A stretch of 64,000 nucleotides of DNA from Balanoglossus misakiensis (lineage: Eukaryota; Animalia; Hemichordata): assembly GCA_040954595.2 (NCBI GenBank), contig CM082580.2:10642390-10706389 (forward strand), written 5' to 3'. Made by a program: the position numbers and the translations under genes. The notes beneath the pieces are model-generated. The model did not search any database. It saw only the letters and a list, made by a program, of their open reading frames with translations, and had not been told where the DNA came from. The first letter of the stretch is position 1. Each line of letters begins with the position of its first letter. Below, piece after piece: positions 1-12,348 of this stretch.

Positions 1-429
1 AGACCATACCTTTCCGTTCACGCGCACAGTCGCGTGCGTTCGGATTACGTCATAATCACCCAAAATGATCGAAAGTGAAAATGGTCTAGACAAACCTGAC
101 CAGATTAGACCACGCGTGGGAAAATGCAAGTCATTGAAGCGACATGACAACGTTTTTACAGGCTTAAAAAACGACAACACTGGTTTCATGACCGATTGGG
201 ACTAATGACCTAAAAGGGCACGTCATCATTCTACCTGTAGCCTACGAGCATATAGCCTTCATCACGGCGGATATTAAAACCAGGAGATAGAAAATCAGAA
301 CAGATGCCTCGTTTAGTGTACTTCACAAAGTTTGAGCCGGGGCAATTTTGCGCTCCAGAGTTCATCACCGATCTGGGGAAAGCTATGACGAACTGAATAT
401 CCTTGAGAAGGGCCTAACATCAGAACTTA

Positions 430-593
430 CCAGGACTGCGTCAATAGGTGGTTTCTTCAGTTCATCTTTCTTCAAATCCTCCTTTTCTGCACCGTCGACC
501 GCATAAACGCCAAGTTTCACCATGGTGACTGCGTTCTTTACGGATTTAAAATGATCAGAGTTTCCCTGTTTGGTGAACGCTGTGTGTCTTAAC
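430..593 (-). CDS. Possible isolated coding exon of an unidentified gene continuing off the left edge
   Basis: Open frame LRHTAFTKQ...KLGVYAV...KKPPIDAVL between a CAG acceptor (~594) and a strong GTAAGT donor (429). I could not join it in phase to the next candidate exon (~235-372). Confidence 0.25.
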
Positions 594-1270
594 CTGTAGC
601 AGCTAAGAGTATTGTCAGTCTGCGCCGTACGTGCGCACTCTTGATAATCACTCAGTCGACAGAGGTGAAAGTGGTGGTAGGATGCGCATGCGTACCGTAC
701 ACACCATGCAAGCTCTTGTTGGTGTGCAAATTTTATTTTATGTTTACGCGGTGTCACGAACGGTATCAACAGTCTCGTCTTACACGAGGACTATACAAAT
801 TAGGCGATGTATTATTAACATGTTCTTTTTATCGTGGGGAAGCCCGCTTTTCCCGATAGTAAAGAACATTTATCAGCCAACATTCCAGAAAATTGGGTCG
901 AATCTTCTTATTCATGTAGCATCATAAATAAAGGATTTAGTGAATACATTAATTTGCCATCTGCCAACGAATAAACAACACAATACAGCCAGTCATTTGA
1001 TAGGAAAGATGAAAAAATGTCACCAAGAAAGATAAGCGAGTTTACTTTTAATCACCGACTTGAGGGTTCTGTCGTACCTGGTACGTTGTGTAACGCCGGT
1101 TCTATTGTTATGCAAATAGAGATGGCTATTGACAGTCGCACATCATGATCTCGGCCACTATCCGATGGACGATTCTCGCACGAGCGACCTTCGATAACAA
1201 TACATTTTTATCGGAAGACAGTAGTGATTCACATGATGAGGTCCACGCTATAGATATCCACAACTTGAGA

Positions 1271-1350
1271 GGTTTCTAGAGTGGTAGCTAGGCAACACAT
1301 TCCAGAAACTGGTTTCTGGAGTGGTAGCTAGGCAACACATTCTAGAAAGT
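1271..1350. repeat. 40-bp direct tandem duplication (2 copies) containing an RFX X-box-like motif
   Basis: GGTTTCT(A/G)GAGTGGTAGCTAGGCAACACATTC(C/T)AGAAA(C/G)T x2, 3 mismatches. Confidence 0.85.
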
Positions 1351-2152
1351 GGTCTTGTTTTTTTACATCTTCTAGCTTCTCCTTTTTTTTAAACAAACAA
1401 ACATTTTATTCTATGCAAACACAAAATGCAATACTAACAAAATTATTAACACAGAAAATACGAAACACAATGAGTAATAAACGAGGATGACGGTACCAGC
1501 CGCCTAATCAGGCTTTACAATATATGTTCTATTTCACTCCACTTAGTTTCGAATTTACTGCGCTGACTTATACCATTGACTGCCTTACTCTCAATTTCAT
1601 ACTTGTATTTCAAAATACGAAAGAAACACATCAAAATCTGGTACTTTGTTATTCTGTTTACAGGTATACAAGAAAACCTTAGTTTGCAAAACAATGTATG
1701 TTAAGGATGCCAGTACAAAGTACTAGTAGTCTGATTAAGTTGGTATTCGCATTTCTGAAAAAAATAACTTCACATGCAACCAAAAATCTTTTGAATATTC
1801 ATAATCAATAAAAAGATGGTCTGGTGTTTGAATTGAAGCATGGCAAAAGATACACAGATGACTTTCTACAAAATTCATTCTGAGCAAAACCTCGTCGTAA
1901 AAATAAGATTATTCAGCAGCTTGTGTTGTGTTGGAAACATAACAACCAGAATGCAAGTATTTAGTCTCTATTCACTTATCCGGACTATCTCGCAGACCAA
2001 GTTTTCACTCGGCCATTGAGGGCGCACAGATCTGCATATGTAGAGCATGTACGTGTACCGTACAGATCACGTCAGAAAATACACGTACTACCATACCAGT
2101 AGTTCAGTGGTTAATTAGAAAATACGATAGTTCTCTTTTTGGAGAGTGTAGT

Positions 2153-2168
2153 GGCCCTGAAAAGGGCC
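2153..2168 (-). terminator. Histone 3' stem-loop of H2B, with purine-rich downstream element at ~2129-2141
   Basis: Minus strand reads GGCCCTTTTCAGGGCC about 30 nt after the stop codon, followed by CAAAAAGAGAACT (U7/HDE-like). Confidence 0.95.
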
Positions 2169-2197
2169 GTTTGGTATGTGTATGCTGGGCATACAAT

Positions 2198-2566
2198 TTA
2201 CTTGGAGCTGGTGTATTTGGTGACGGCTTTGGTGCCCTCACTGACGGCGTGCTTGGCAAGTTCACCGGGCAGCAAGAGACGGACAGCGGTCTGGATCTCT
2301 CTGCTGGTTATGGTGGAACGCTTGTTGTAGTGGGCCAAGCGGGAAGCTTCGGCGGCGATACGCTCGAAGATGTCGTTGACAAAGCTGTTCATGATGGACA
2401 TGGCTTTGGAGGAGACACCAGTGTCGGGGTGGACCTGTTTCAGGACCTTGTAGATGTAGATACCGTAGCTTTCCTTCCTTCGCCTCTTCCTCTTCTTGTC
2501 GCCGGAGCGTGCGGCTTTGGCCTTACCGGCCTTCTTGGCGCCTTTACTACTGACTTTTGGAGGCAT
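2198..2566 (-). CDS. H2B: Histone H2B, replication-dependent
   Basis: 122 aa, intronless; [21 protein letters not shown]...AVTKYTSSK; 3' stem-loop present. Confidence 0.99.
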   Translation of the reverse strand: MPPKVSSKGAKKAGKAKAARSGDKKRKRRRKESYGIYIYKVLKQVHPDTGVSSKAMSIMNSFVNDIFERIAAEASRLAHYNKRSTITSREIQTAVRLLLPGELAKHAVSEGTKAVTKYTSSK

Positions 2567-3249
<683 letters not shown>

Positions 3250-3278
3250 ATCGTATGCCCAGCATACAAAAACCAAAC

Positions 3279-3294
3279 GGCCCTTTTCAGGGCC
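3279..3294 (+). terminator. Histone 3' stem-loop of H2A, with HDE at ~3305-3318
   Basis: GGCCCTTTTCAGGGCC followed by CAAAAAAGAGAACT. Confidence 0.95.
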
Positions 3295-3764
3295 ATCACA
3301 TCCTCAAAAAAGAGAACTACCGAACACGATTGTCATATTAAGAATGAGATTTTTCTGAATCTCAGTTGGTAGTCATGTGCAGTTACCAATGTCCACGGTA
3401 AATTAATGTTACTAAAAATATCCGGTTGGATGCCACGTTCAAAAAATACAGGTAATGTAATAGTAATACAGTTTTAGGGATGGTATGTGAAATGTGATTA
3501 TTAAATGAAAGTGCGACGAACCTCTGACTGGGCCGCCTGCGTAAGTGAAATTGTTAAACGTATTAACATGTACTACTATATTACAAGAAACTACATTCAT
3601 ATATATCACAGTCATCAAAATTTCTAGTACGATAACAACGTACAAGAACTAACCATAGACGGTAGAGACTGGCGCACTGCTACGTAAAATTAATAAAGTC
3701 CCGCGAGATTTCACAGTGAGCGGAAAATCATCCATTGCCTTGCCAGATAATGTGTATACCCAAA

Positions 3765-6393
3765 TCAATATCTACATTTTCCAACGTTCAGTCGTATCGC
3801 ACCCTTGTTATGCAAATCTATCAATGCAGAGAACTCGTTTGTGAGATTGTGAACGGGTTGCACGTATGCGTTTTTCTCAAAGTAATGGTATGGGAGGGGG
3901 ATTCCCTCGAGACTTTCTGCAAAAGGCCAAAAACCATAAAGATGAACCTCTTCGCAAAAACTGATTGCAGCTGAGAAGAGAAGTAATCCTGGAAAAGAAA
4001 GTAATATGTGTTGATTTAGTCGTAGGCAAGATTCCGAACCCCGTGAGACCATACGAGATCTTGCGTGGTAGTTGATATGGGAGAACATTCTCATGCGACA
4101 AAGGACAAATACTTAACACATGGCTCGTACAAATTATTCTAGTTTTATATATTCTCGTGTTACTTGGCTAGTTAACCGTTGTTAGGGTAATTAAATAACA
4201 GAGTCTCGCGAGATCTTGCAGTATTTATCTAGTCTCACCTGATGACAGTGCGTCTTCGTTGACATGCAGAGATTCCCTCCAGAACTTGGCCAGTTTTTTA
4301 ACGTACGCAATGTTAGCATATATAACGTGTATATTCATCGGTTCTAGGATGTCCTGGGCTTTGAAAGTAACGTTTAACAAATTCTTGTGCCAAAATCCCG
4401 CTGTGTAGACTGTAACCTTACCATACTCTCTTGCCATGAAGTCATGGAGATGAATTGCCCCGCTATAATTAAGACTAGTGTACCTGTAATAAATGGATTG
4501 AATTACTTAAATGGTGGGGGTTATCTCAAATGCACATTCTTTCTGTTTATAAACACATACATGTGTAATCAGAATTGTCCCCCCCCCCCCCTTTACAGGA
4601 AAACCATGCAAGCCAATACAATGTACTTGTTATACCAGTATGACAGTACCTTAGAAATAAGGTCAAAGGCTTATGAACGTGTTTGATCGTCGCTGATTTG
4701 TAGTAGATGTTTAGGATGTGGTGTCTATTTGAGCTACTTGCTGCAGTGGCCATATACACGCGGAACCACAGTAAGTTATCAAAGATTGGTGTCGAATGTA
4801 CAACTGAGAATGTCGCACTTGCAAGTCATTTCATCTATTCCTAGCTCGGAAAATCAAGATGGCGTCCTCATCATGTGTAGGCCGAGTTTAAGTTTGCAGC
4901 CCGCGTTGTCTACTGAAGAGACTCCAAAACGTACCTCCAAGACTGGAGATTATTTTTGGCAACATAATACAAAAATTGGTTTTAAGCCTGTGTTTATCCA
5001 TCCCACAGACATGACATTTAAACAGTACAGTTAGCAATAACCAACCAACCGACCAAAAAGAAAGAAACAAACAAACAAGCTGATTGACCAACTAACTAAC
5101 TAACAACAACTTTGATTTTACCTGTGGATAAGTATGGAGGGATTACACGTGACCAAGTCTGTTTTGGAGCCAACGTCTGCTGAAAAGGTTTGAACAGTCG
5201 GTAAGTTGGTTCTAAAAGTTAAATAAAATATACCAGAACGTTAGCAAAGTTGCCTTGCTGTTTCCGATGATGAACTCAATGCATACTGTTTTTAATCAGC
5301 CTGCACGACGGCCAAAAAAGAATGAGAATGACAGACAGACAGACAGACAGACGGGCAGGCAGGCAGATATATAGATGACGTAGAAACTTACCGTATTACA
5401 AAATCTGCAGTGTCTATGGACTGACCACAAGTGCTGTTAATCAAACTCCCACCATTTCCTACCATGCTGCATCTCTTGAACATTTTCTCGTGATACGGCC
5501 TTTCCTGCAAGGTTGTTAGAGGGTATTTTACAGCATGAGTGCCATAATATGACATAATGATGTGACAATACTTTTAATTATACCGATCACACATCCTTAA
5601 GAAATCTTCCATTTGCTCCAGTTTATGACGTATGCTTTGGACCAGAATATTGTCCCAAATAAGTGACCACCATTCTGTCCAACTATGGCTATGTCAATGC
5701 GCATGTGTAATGGTCTGGAAGTTTGCTCTGTCCAGGTCATGACTTTGCTGCAGTACGTTTACCTTTGGAAATCTGTTATACAAATCGCGATCCGCTTTAA
5801 CTGTCCCCTTGTATAGTGGAACCTTACTGTTCAATTTCACGTTTTTCTGTGTTAGGATGAACTCTTTGGCTGTTTTGCAGTTCTTCTCCAGGAATGATCT
5901 GAGTTTTAAAATAAGTTAAAAATAAAATCAATATTGTTATTGTTGAAAATTGCATTCGAGTCCTGGCTTGAATTAATTTGTCACCGGTAGAAATAAGAAT
6001 GGCCGTCGGCTTTGGTGAGGAGCTAAAGACACAGCATTTCATAAAAGCCACCCGGTGTAGAATAAGAAACGCTAACCACACAGTCGACACAGTCAAAAGT
6101 TACTTTAACAGATCCCAGACTCACCGCAACTTATGCGCCTCTTCCGCATTAAAACTCCAGTTACTGTTCATACCTATCATAGAAAACCGCTTCTTCGCTT
6201 CACTCTCCCAAGCGGTTGGTTTGACTTCTTGTGATGCACTGAATTCGTCGGCTTTGCTGACAATCGGAGCTGTTTTCTCAGTTACTGTATGATCTTTTGG
6301 CGTCTCACGCACGACATGAAACAGTGCCACAAGTGCTATGCAGTTAACAAAACCGAATGCTACAATCACCAGCATTGATCTTCGCGCACCCAT
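3765..6393 (-). CDS. ST8SIA: Alpha-2,8-sialyltransferase (ST8Sia family, GT29), 6 exons, 358 aa
   Basis: Exons 6125-6393, 5763-5898, 5392-5504, 5122-5211, 4239-4483, 3765-3988, all GT-AG and phase-consistent. Type II TM anchor; sialylmotif L [31 protein letters not shown]...DVGSKTDLVTCNPS; motif S [26 protein letters not shown]; motif III YHY; motif VS HNLTNEF; ST8-type C-terminal Cys. Confidence 0.93.
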
Positions 6394-7654
6394 ATTGAGA
6401 AAATTCGTATATCTTGTCTTCTGCCTGGATAGAAATAAACAATATACCTTTTTTCTGCCTGCACATGGAATGTTTATTGGGAATACAGAATTTGAATTCA
6501 AATCTGAACTAAAATGCCAATGGCGCCCATTATCACAATGTTGACAAATGCGCTACGCTACACCTCTGTCCTCATACAGCGATTGTATGCTCTTGCATTT
6601 ACGGCACACAGTTTAGAACGAGTGAGTGTTAACAACAACCGTTCGCAATTGGTTCAGGTTTGAAACTGTCGGACCTCCGAACCAGCTCAAAAATGAGGAC
6701 GTAACTACACTTTCAATGTGACTGGAGTGGTATGATTTTTAATATATGTCGGAGAATATTTTTTTTGTGATCTCAGTTTGCGCAGGATAAATTCCCCGTT
6801 TGCTTTTCTTATGCCCACACCATTCTCTCGAGTGTCTGAGCTTAGTTTTCAGTCGGCGCAGAGCAGTATAGAAGCACATGTAATGGGTCACACAATAATC
6901 CAGTGATGATAAAAAAAAGTATTTTGCACAGCCACCCCCCCTGAGTTATTCGGATGGAAGAGGTAACCAGTCGTAATATCGAAATGATTCCTGTGTGTTG
7001 ATCACATATGATACCTTGGAGCGCCGCGGCTGCCTGTTGTAGCTCCATGATAATACTCAAAAAACTTTCAACTCGACACTAGCTAAGATTACGTTGAATC
7101 TTACATACCTCTGTAGCCTTTCCTTAAGTTTGCAGTCAGAAACTGGGATGAACCAATTGCGAACAGTTGTGAAAGTCGGAGAATTCCGAACACAATTGTC
7201 GGGAACCGTGATGATCAACGTTGCCAGAAAAGTACTGATGGACGGGAGCGTCCCCGTGGATGGTAAAGGAACATCGCAGCCTATACAATAGTCCATTGCC
7301 TTTGGGCGTTTCATATGCAAAATGTCTGATACAGATTTTCAACCCTCCATGACCTATATATGCCTCCCAATTGTGATGGGAGGCATATATCACGGCTTCT
7401 TGCAGAGGTGCTTTGAATAGTGGCGAAGTGACCGTGCCCGAGGCGCTAAGGTCTGACTGACCTAGAACTGCTAACCTCGACTAGTACTCCCCTCATGCAT
7501 GTGACGGGAGGCCTATATCTTGGCTTTTTACAGAATTTCAGTGGTGCTTTGACAAGTGGCGAAGTTACAATGCAATCCAAGCTGTGGGCGCAGGTAGACG
7601 TGTCAAGTTCACAGACAGACATGTCCCATGTAAATTAATCTGAGTGTGACATTA

Positions 7655-7925
7655 TTGTTCACAAACCATCTCATGCATCTACAAGCTACTGTCGTTTAAC
7701 AACTCGAACTCTCTCGGAATATTGAATATGCAGGTCTCAGTGTTACAGAGCTGACAAAAGATCGCATTGGATCGTCAACCATCACTTGTTGAGGAGTGGG
7801 ACTCTGTTGTTCTCAAACCACACAAACTACTGTCTTGTTCTCAAACCACACAAACTACTGTCGTTTATCAACTCGAACATTGAATAGGCAGGTCACAGTG
7901 TCACAGGTTAACAAAAGGTCGCATC
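7655..7925. repeat. Degenerate direct duplication (~110 bp) with a nested ~28-bp tandem duplication
   Basis: CTACTGTCGTTT..CAACTCGAAC...ATTGAAT..GCAGGTC.CAGTGT.ACAG...ACAAAAG.TCGCAT at ~7686-7766 and ~7855-7924; TTGTTCTCAAACCACACAAACTACTGTC twice at ~7807-7862. Confidence 0.7.
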
Positions 7926-8826
7926 CGTAAACACTTGAGAGCTGAACACCTTTAAAGGTACGGTATAGGCCTGGCCTATAGGGGATATGTTCTAGTACTA
8001 GTATATAAAAAAAAAGTATAGAAAATGGCAGGAAATGTGGCTGGGAAATATCACACTGATTCATGGGATACTCTTCACACCACGAAATTTCCGACATAAA
8101 TTTGAGCGTAATGTAGAATACACTCAATGTTGTAGCACTTGTGAGTGCTGAGAACGTGATATGTCCATACAATGTGATATTGGAGTAAGGACAATGTTAG
8201 CAATCTCTGCATTTCTCGTGGCCGGTATATGAATGAACCAGTCCAAATTTGAAAGTTAGGAAAAAAAGGAAAGACAGAAAATTAATATTAATATCAATAT
8301 ATGTACTAAGTTAGGCAACATGTGTCTAGTCTAGCCACTGAGATTTGAGAACAGCCATGGTTGCCAGTGTAACGCTACCAGTTTCTGATGCAGTTAGGCA
8401 AATTATATCACTAAATGTAGCGGAACCGGATGAAAATACTTGACTTGGTACAAATGACGCTGCCAATGACGAAATCCTTCTGTAGCATAGCGCCCTCACT
8501 GTCGGGTTTGGCAAACTGCATCACTTGGTAAAGCACAGCCCGAAACACTTCAGTTCCACAACCGCTCATTTAGTAGACGGCCTTGAACCCAGGGTGCTGT
8601 TAAACTCTAAATGTGGATGACCACATTAAAAAGCACTAGCAGTTGGTAGACCTGGCAAAAGGTGTGAGATGGACTAATGATGGGTTAATATGAGTGTTCC
8701 CTTTGTTGGGGAAAGGTAGCTTGGTAAGAAGAAAATCGTCACTGTCAATGGACATCGGTTGATTGCTCGGGGTGGCTTACAGTTTATTTTGTAATTTGAT
8801 GCATATTTAGAAACTACCCACTATTT

Positions 8827-11390
8827 TCATTCAGCACTTTTCTCAGCATTGTTTTCAATCAGTTCTCGCAATGCTTCTATTTTGTCATAATGTTGTAAAG
8901 ATTGCACCATCTCATCTAAGTCGTCTTCTCCAGCCAGGAATCCTTCAACGTTGAAAGTGGAAACACCAATTCTATGATCAGTGATTCGGTCTTGATTAAA
9001 ATTGTACGTCCGGATTTTCTCGGACCTCGCCGATGTTCCCACTTGGAGTTTTCGCGACTGACGCTCCTGGCTTTGCTGCTTTTCCAGCTGTTTGTTGTAG
9101 ATTTTGGCTTCCAGCATTTTCATCGCTATTTCTCGGTTTTTGATTTGAGATCTCTCCTGTTGACACTCTGCGGCAATACCTTAAGGTTAACACATTCAAT
9201 GAAGAAGTTTATTATTGTAATTATTATGCAAAATGTGATAGTGCAGACTCCGCCACACGATGACAAAGCTGTCTACAATTTGCACGGGTACCGGACTACC
9301 AATTGAAGGTTTAGGAGAAAAACGTTTGAATCCGGAATTTGACATGGAAATTGATAATAATCAACTTTAACCCTCTCATTCCCAGTTCTCTCTCTAGAGG
9401 TCCAACCTTACCATAGAAAACAATGGGTTTGGACTGAACCATGGTGGTGAAAGGTTTAAAAAATAATGCAGCTGACTGCCAGCTGTGTGTGTGGGTAGAA
9501 GTCACACATGCATAAACACAGCCACAGATAGTACAGAGAGGTGACCAAGACAAATGAAAACTGACCTACCCGTGGGCAAATGAACGATCCTGACCGCACT
9601 TTCCGTTTTATTGACATGTTGTCCTCCAGCACCGCTCGCTCTTTTCGTCTCTATTTTCAGGTCACCAGGGTCAAGCGATAAATCAATCTGAAAATGTGAG
9701 ATGAAACAATCAGTCAACAAGTTTTGATTGTTAACATGCAAAGATTGTCTGACGTTAATTTGAATCATGTCGAACACAAAATTTGCAGAACATTTGGATT
9801 GGACGCACAAAATTATGTACAAGTGCATATTAAGATGATCGTCGGCCTGTTAGATGGGGTGGCATGAATTTTTAATTATGACGATCCTTTACCTCTTTCG
9901 GATGTGGCAGTACTGCTACGGTCATTGTGCTTGTGTGAACGCGGCCTTGCCTCTCTGTCTTGGGAACTCTTTGTACTCGATGAACACCACCCTCATACTT
10001 CATGTACTTGTAAACCTCCGACCCACTCATGTTAATGGTTGCTCGCCTCATCCCTCCTGGAAACAAAAAAAACCCACAAACATTTTAAAACTGATTGAAC
10101 TGTGTAATTTGTGTGAAATGAGGCCAAATCTGGACTAAAGTACCAATACAGCTCAAAGTAACATGTATAGTCTCTCATGGAGACATCTTCGAGACATTTG
10201 GAAACACACTCACCTATATCACTGTCACTCATATCTAGAATATCAAATCTCCACCCTCTGTACGCGGCATATCTTTGATACATGCTGAACACGTCGTTTG
10301 TAAATAGCATTGCTTCCTGTCCACCGACGCCAGCAGTCAGTTCCACGATGATGTCATCCATATCGTCAGTGTCATCCACTGGAACCAGCAGTGCCAGAAT
10401 CTAAGTTAGAACACGTGCAATGAGTCTATGACAAGGAAATGATCATCTCCAACCATGGACAGTAAAATGGCAGAGAATAGCGAGAGAACATAACTTGCCA
10501 GCATTTTGTAAATTAAACTTTTATCAATAAGGCATGACCAATGTACTTCAAACATGTCCACAGCAACCAGTCAAAGAGCTTTCACAAACTTCCCACCTCA
10601 CTTTCTATCTGATCCAAATCTTCATTGCACTGTCGCAGCTCTTCTTCAGCCAACTCTCTCAATTCATTTTCATTACAATCTTAACAGAAATAGGAAAAAA
10701 GAAGCACAATAAAAACTAATGGAAGTAAGAACCTGTAAAATAACTGCACGAAGATGTGTGCCACTAACTACTGATGACCATGCATCATGACCAACCCCCC
10801 CCCCCCCCTTTCCCGGTAACCTATGACACCATTCATGACCTACCTTTCAGTAAATTATGAATTTCTTCAAGGTCCAAGTTCTTTTGTTCCCATTCCTCGA
10901 TCCTCTCAACGAGTGGCATCATCTCTATTTTCCTCCTTTGCAATAATCTTTGTTTCTTTGCTGTCTGATTACTTTCTCTGGTCAGCTCTGTTTCAAGATC
11001 CCTGTATTCTGCTAACAATGTTGACAGGTAGTCCTGCACTTTGGCGTCCTTCAGTGAGATGTCTTCGTATTTCGACTGTGTCGCGTACTGGTTCTGTAAT
11101 ACGACATTGTGGCTGTAAAAGCCATGGCAGTCTCTATCTAATCCCAGCGATACATTTTTACAATGTCCCACAAAGGTATGAGTGTATGAAGGAAGATGCA
11201 GCTGTGTGGCTCGTATGTGATACTGCCTCAGTGTCTGGGTCAACGGTTTACATTCACCAACTCCGCAGGGTTTTATAACATTGATAACACTCTGTCTAGA
11301 AAGGGACTTCCTCCAGTGATTCACTGATGATCTCAAACATATGTAGCTCCCCAGAAGCTTCAACATGCTGTCTTGCTTTCGGAATGTCAT
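8827..11390 (-). CDS. MTRF1L: Mitochondrial peptide chain release factor 1-like (mtRF1a), 6 coding exons, ~483 aa
   Basis: Exons 10844-11390, 10597-10679, 10214-10400, 9893-10056, 9570-9687, 8827-9179, phase-consistent. [25 protein letters not shown] (PxT motif), GAGGQHVN (GGQ), [19 protein letters not shown]; basic N-terminal presequence-like extension. Start may instead be the second ATG at 11366. Confidence 0.95.
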
Positions 11391-11689
11391 TTCTTGAAGA
11401 AAGTATCAGAGCTAACTGTGCCAGTCCTTCTGGGGTTGCAGGCCGGTATCCTAAAGATAAAACATCAAGAAATCCTTAGAACAATACTGAGGCATCCATC
11501 TTGTAGAGAAGGCTCTTGTGTACTCCAACATGTCCAGTCCATAAATAGTCGCATGGGAGTTGTCCGTACTTCCCTGTTTACATCATACATACTAGTCGTG
11601 TCGTAATTCTGAACTCAAGCCCAGTACCACAACCACTGATCTTATTCCCACGTTTGGAATCAAGAACAACCTTGCTCGTGCTCAACGCT

Positions 11690-11935
11690 CGCAGCAGATT
11701 TGACTTGCCCGCGGCGTCTCGACCCCCCCCCCCCCCCCCCCCCCCCTTCCCGGCCGGAGGCGCAGTGAGAAGACTACCGTCCGTACGTCATCTCCCAACT
11801 CTGGACGTGTGGGAGGCGTGTCTCAGCCATAACCAACCATGCACGACAGTAGCGGTACCGTTACTTACCGCCAGTATCTTATACACGTACCCGAGAAACT
11901 CACCGATCGTGGGTCGTCATGCAGTCGACAGTGTT
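11690..11935. promoter_or_regulatory. GC/CpG-rich putative promoter and 5' UTR region of MTRF1L, possibly shared divergently with DNMBP
   Basis: Local CpG-rich stretch with poly-C; minus-strand GTAAGT donor ~11862-11867 and TTTAG acceptor ~11450 upstream of the MTRF1L ATG. Confidence 0.45.
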
Positions 11936-11937
11936 TC

Positions 11938-12348
11938 ATGGGCGCAGACATATTGTATCCCATCATACACTATTTCTCACTGAACGTCGTCAGTTCAGAA
12001 AAGTGCACTCTGGGTAAGGCGGCGCTCATAAACACCTCGGGGGAGGGGGAGAGAATTTGGGAAAAAATATTTCCCCTTTTTTCAGACACCCCACAAACAC
12101 CCTGAATTTTTCAAGTAGTCCCCACTTCCTACTAATAATAATAATGGGCGCAGATATATTGTAGCCTATCATACAATTTCTCACCGAACGTCGTCAGCTC
12201 GGAAAGGAGCAGAGTCCGCCAGCCTACCCCCAGCGCGAGGCCACTCCACTGAGGTTGGGGACCTCCAGACCTCTGAGGGGACAATTTGGAAAAATATTCG
12301 CCCTTTTTCAGATACTTCCAAGCACCTTATAATTTTCCAAGTACCCCC
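11938..12348. repeat. Degenerate direct repeat, ~190-205 bp x2
   Basis: ATGGGCGCAGA.ATATTGTA.CC.ATCATACA..ATTTCTCAC.GAACGTCGTCAG.TC.GAAA...AATTTGG.AAAAATATT...CTTTTTCAGA at ~11938-12123 and ~12144-12348. Confidence 0.75.

Noticed and set aside
5200-5212. Loss of the motif L RCN cysteine as an inactivating lesion
   Set aside because: This Cys is not part of the two conserved ST8Sia disulfides, whose four cysteines are all present
6840-8760. Possible SINE/LINE remnants or ncRNA between ST8Sia and MTRF1L
   Set aside because: No tRNA A/B boxes, RT motifs or clear termini recognisable by eye
8827-11390. Bacterial prfA contamination or horizontal transfer
   Set aside because: Five spliceosomal introns and a presequence-like N-terminus indicate the nuclear mitochondrial factor
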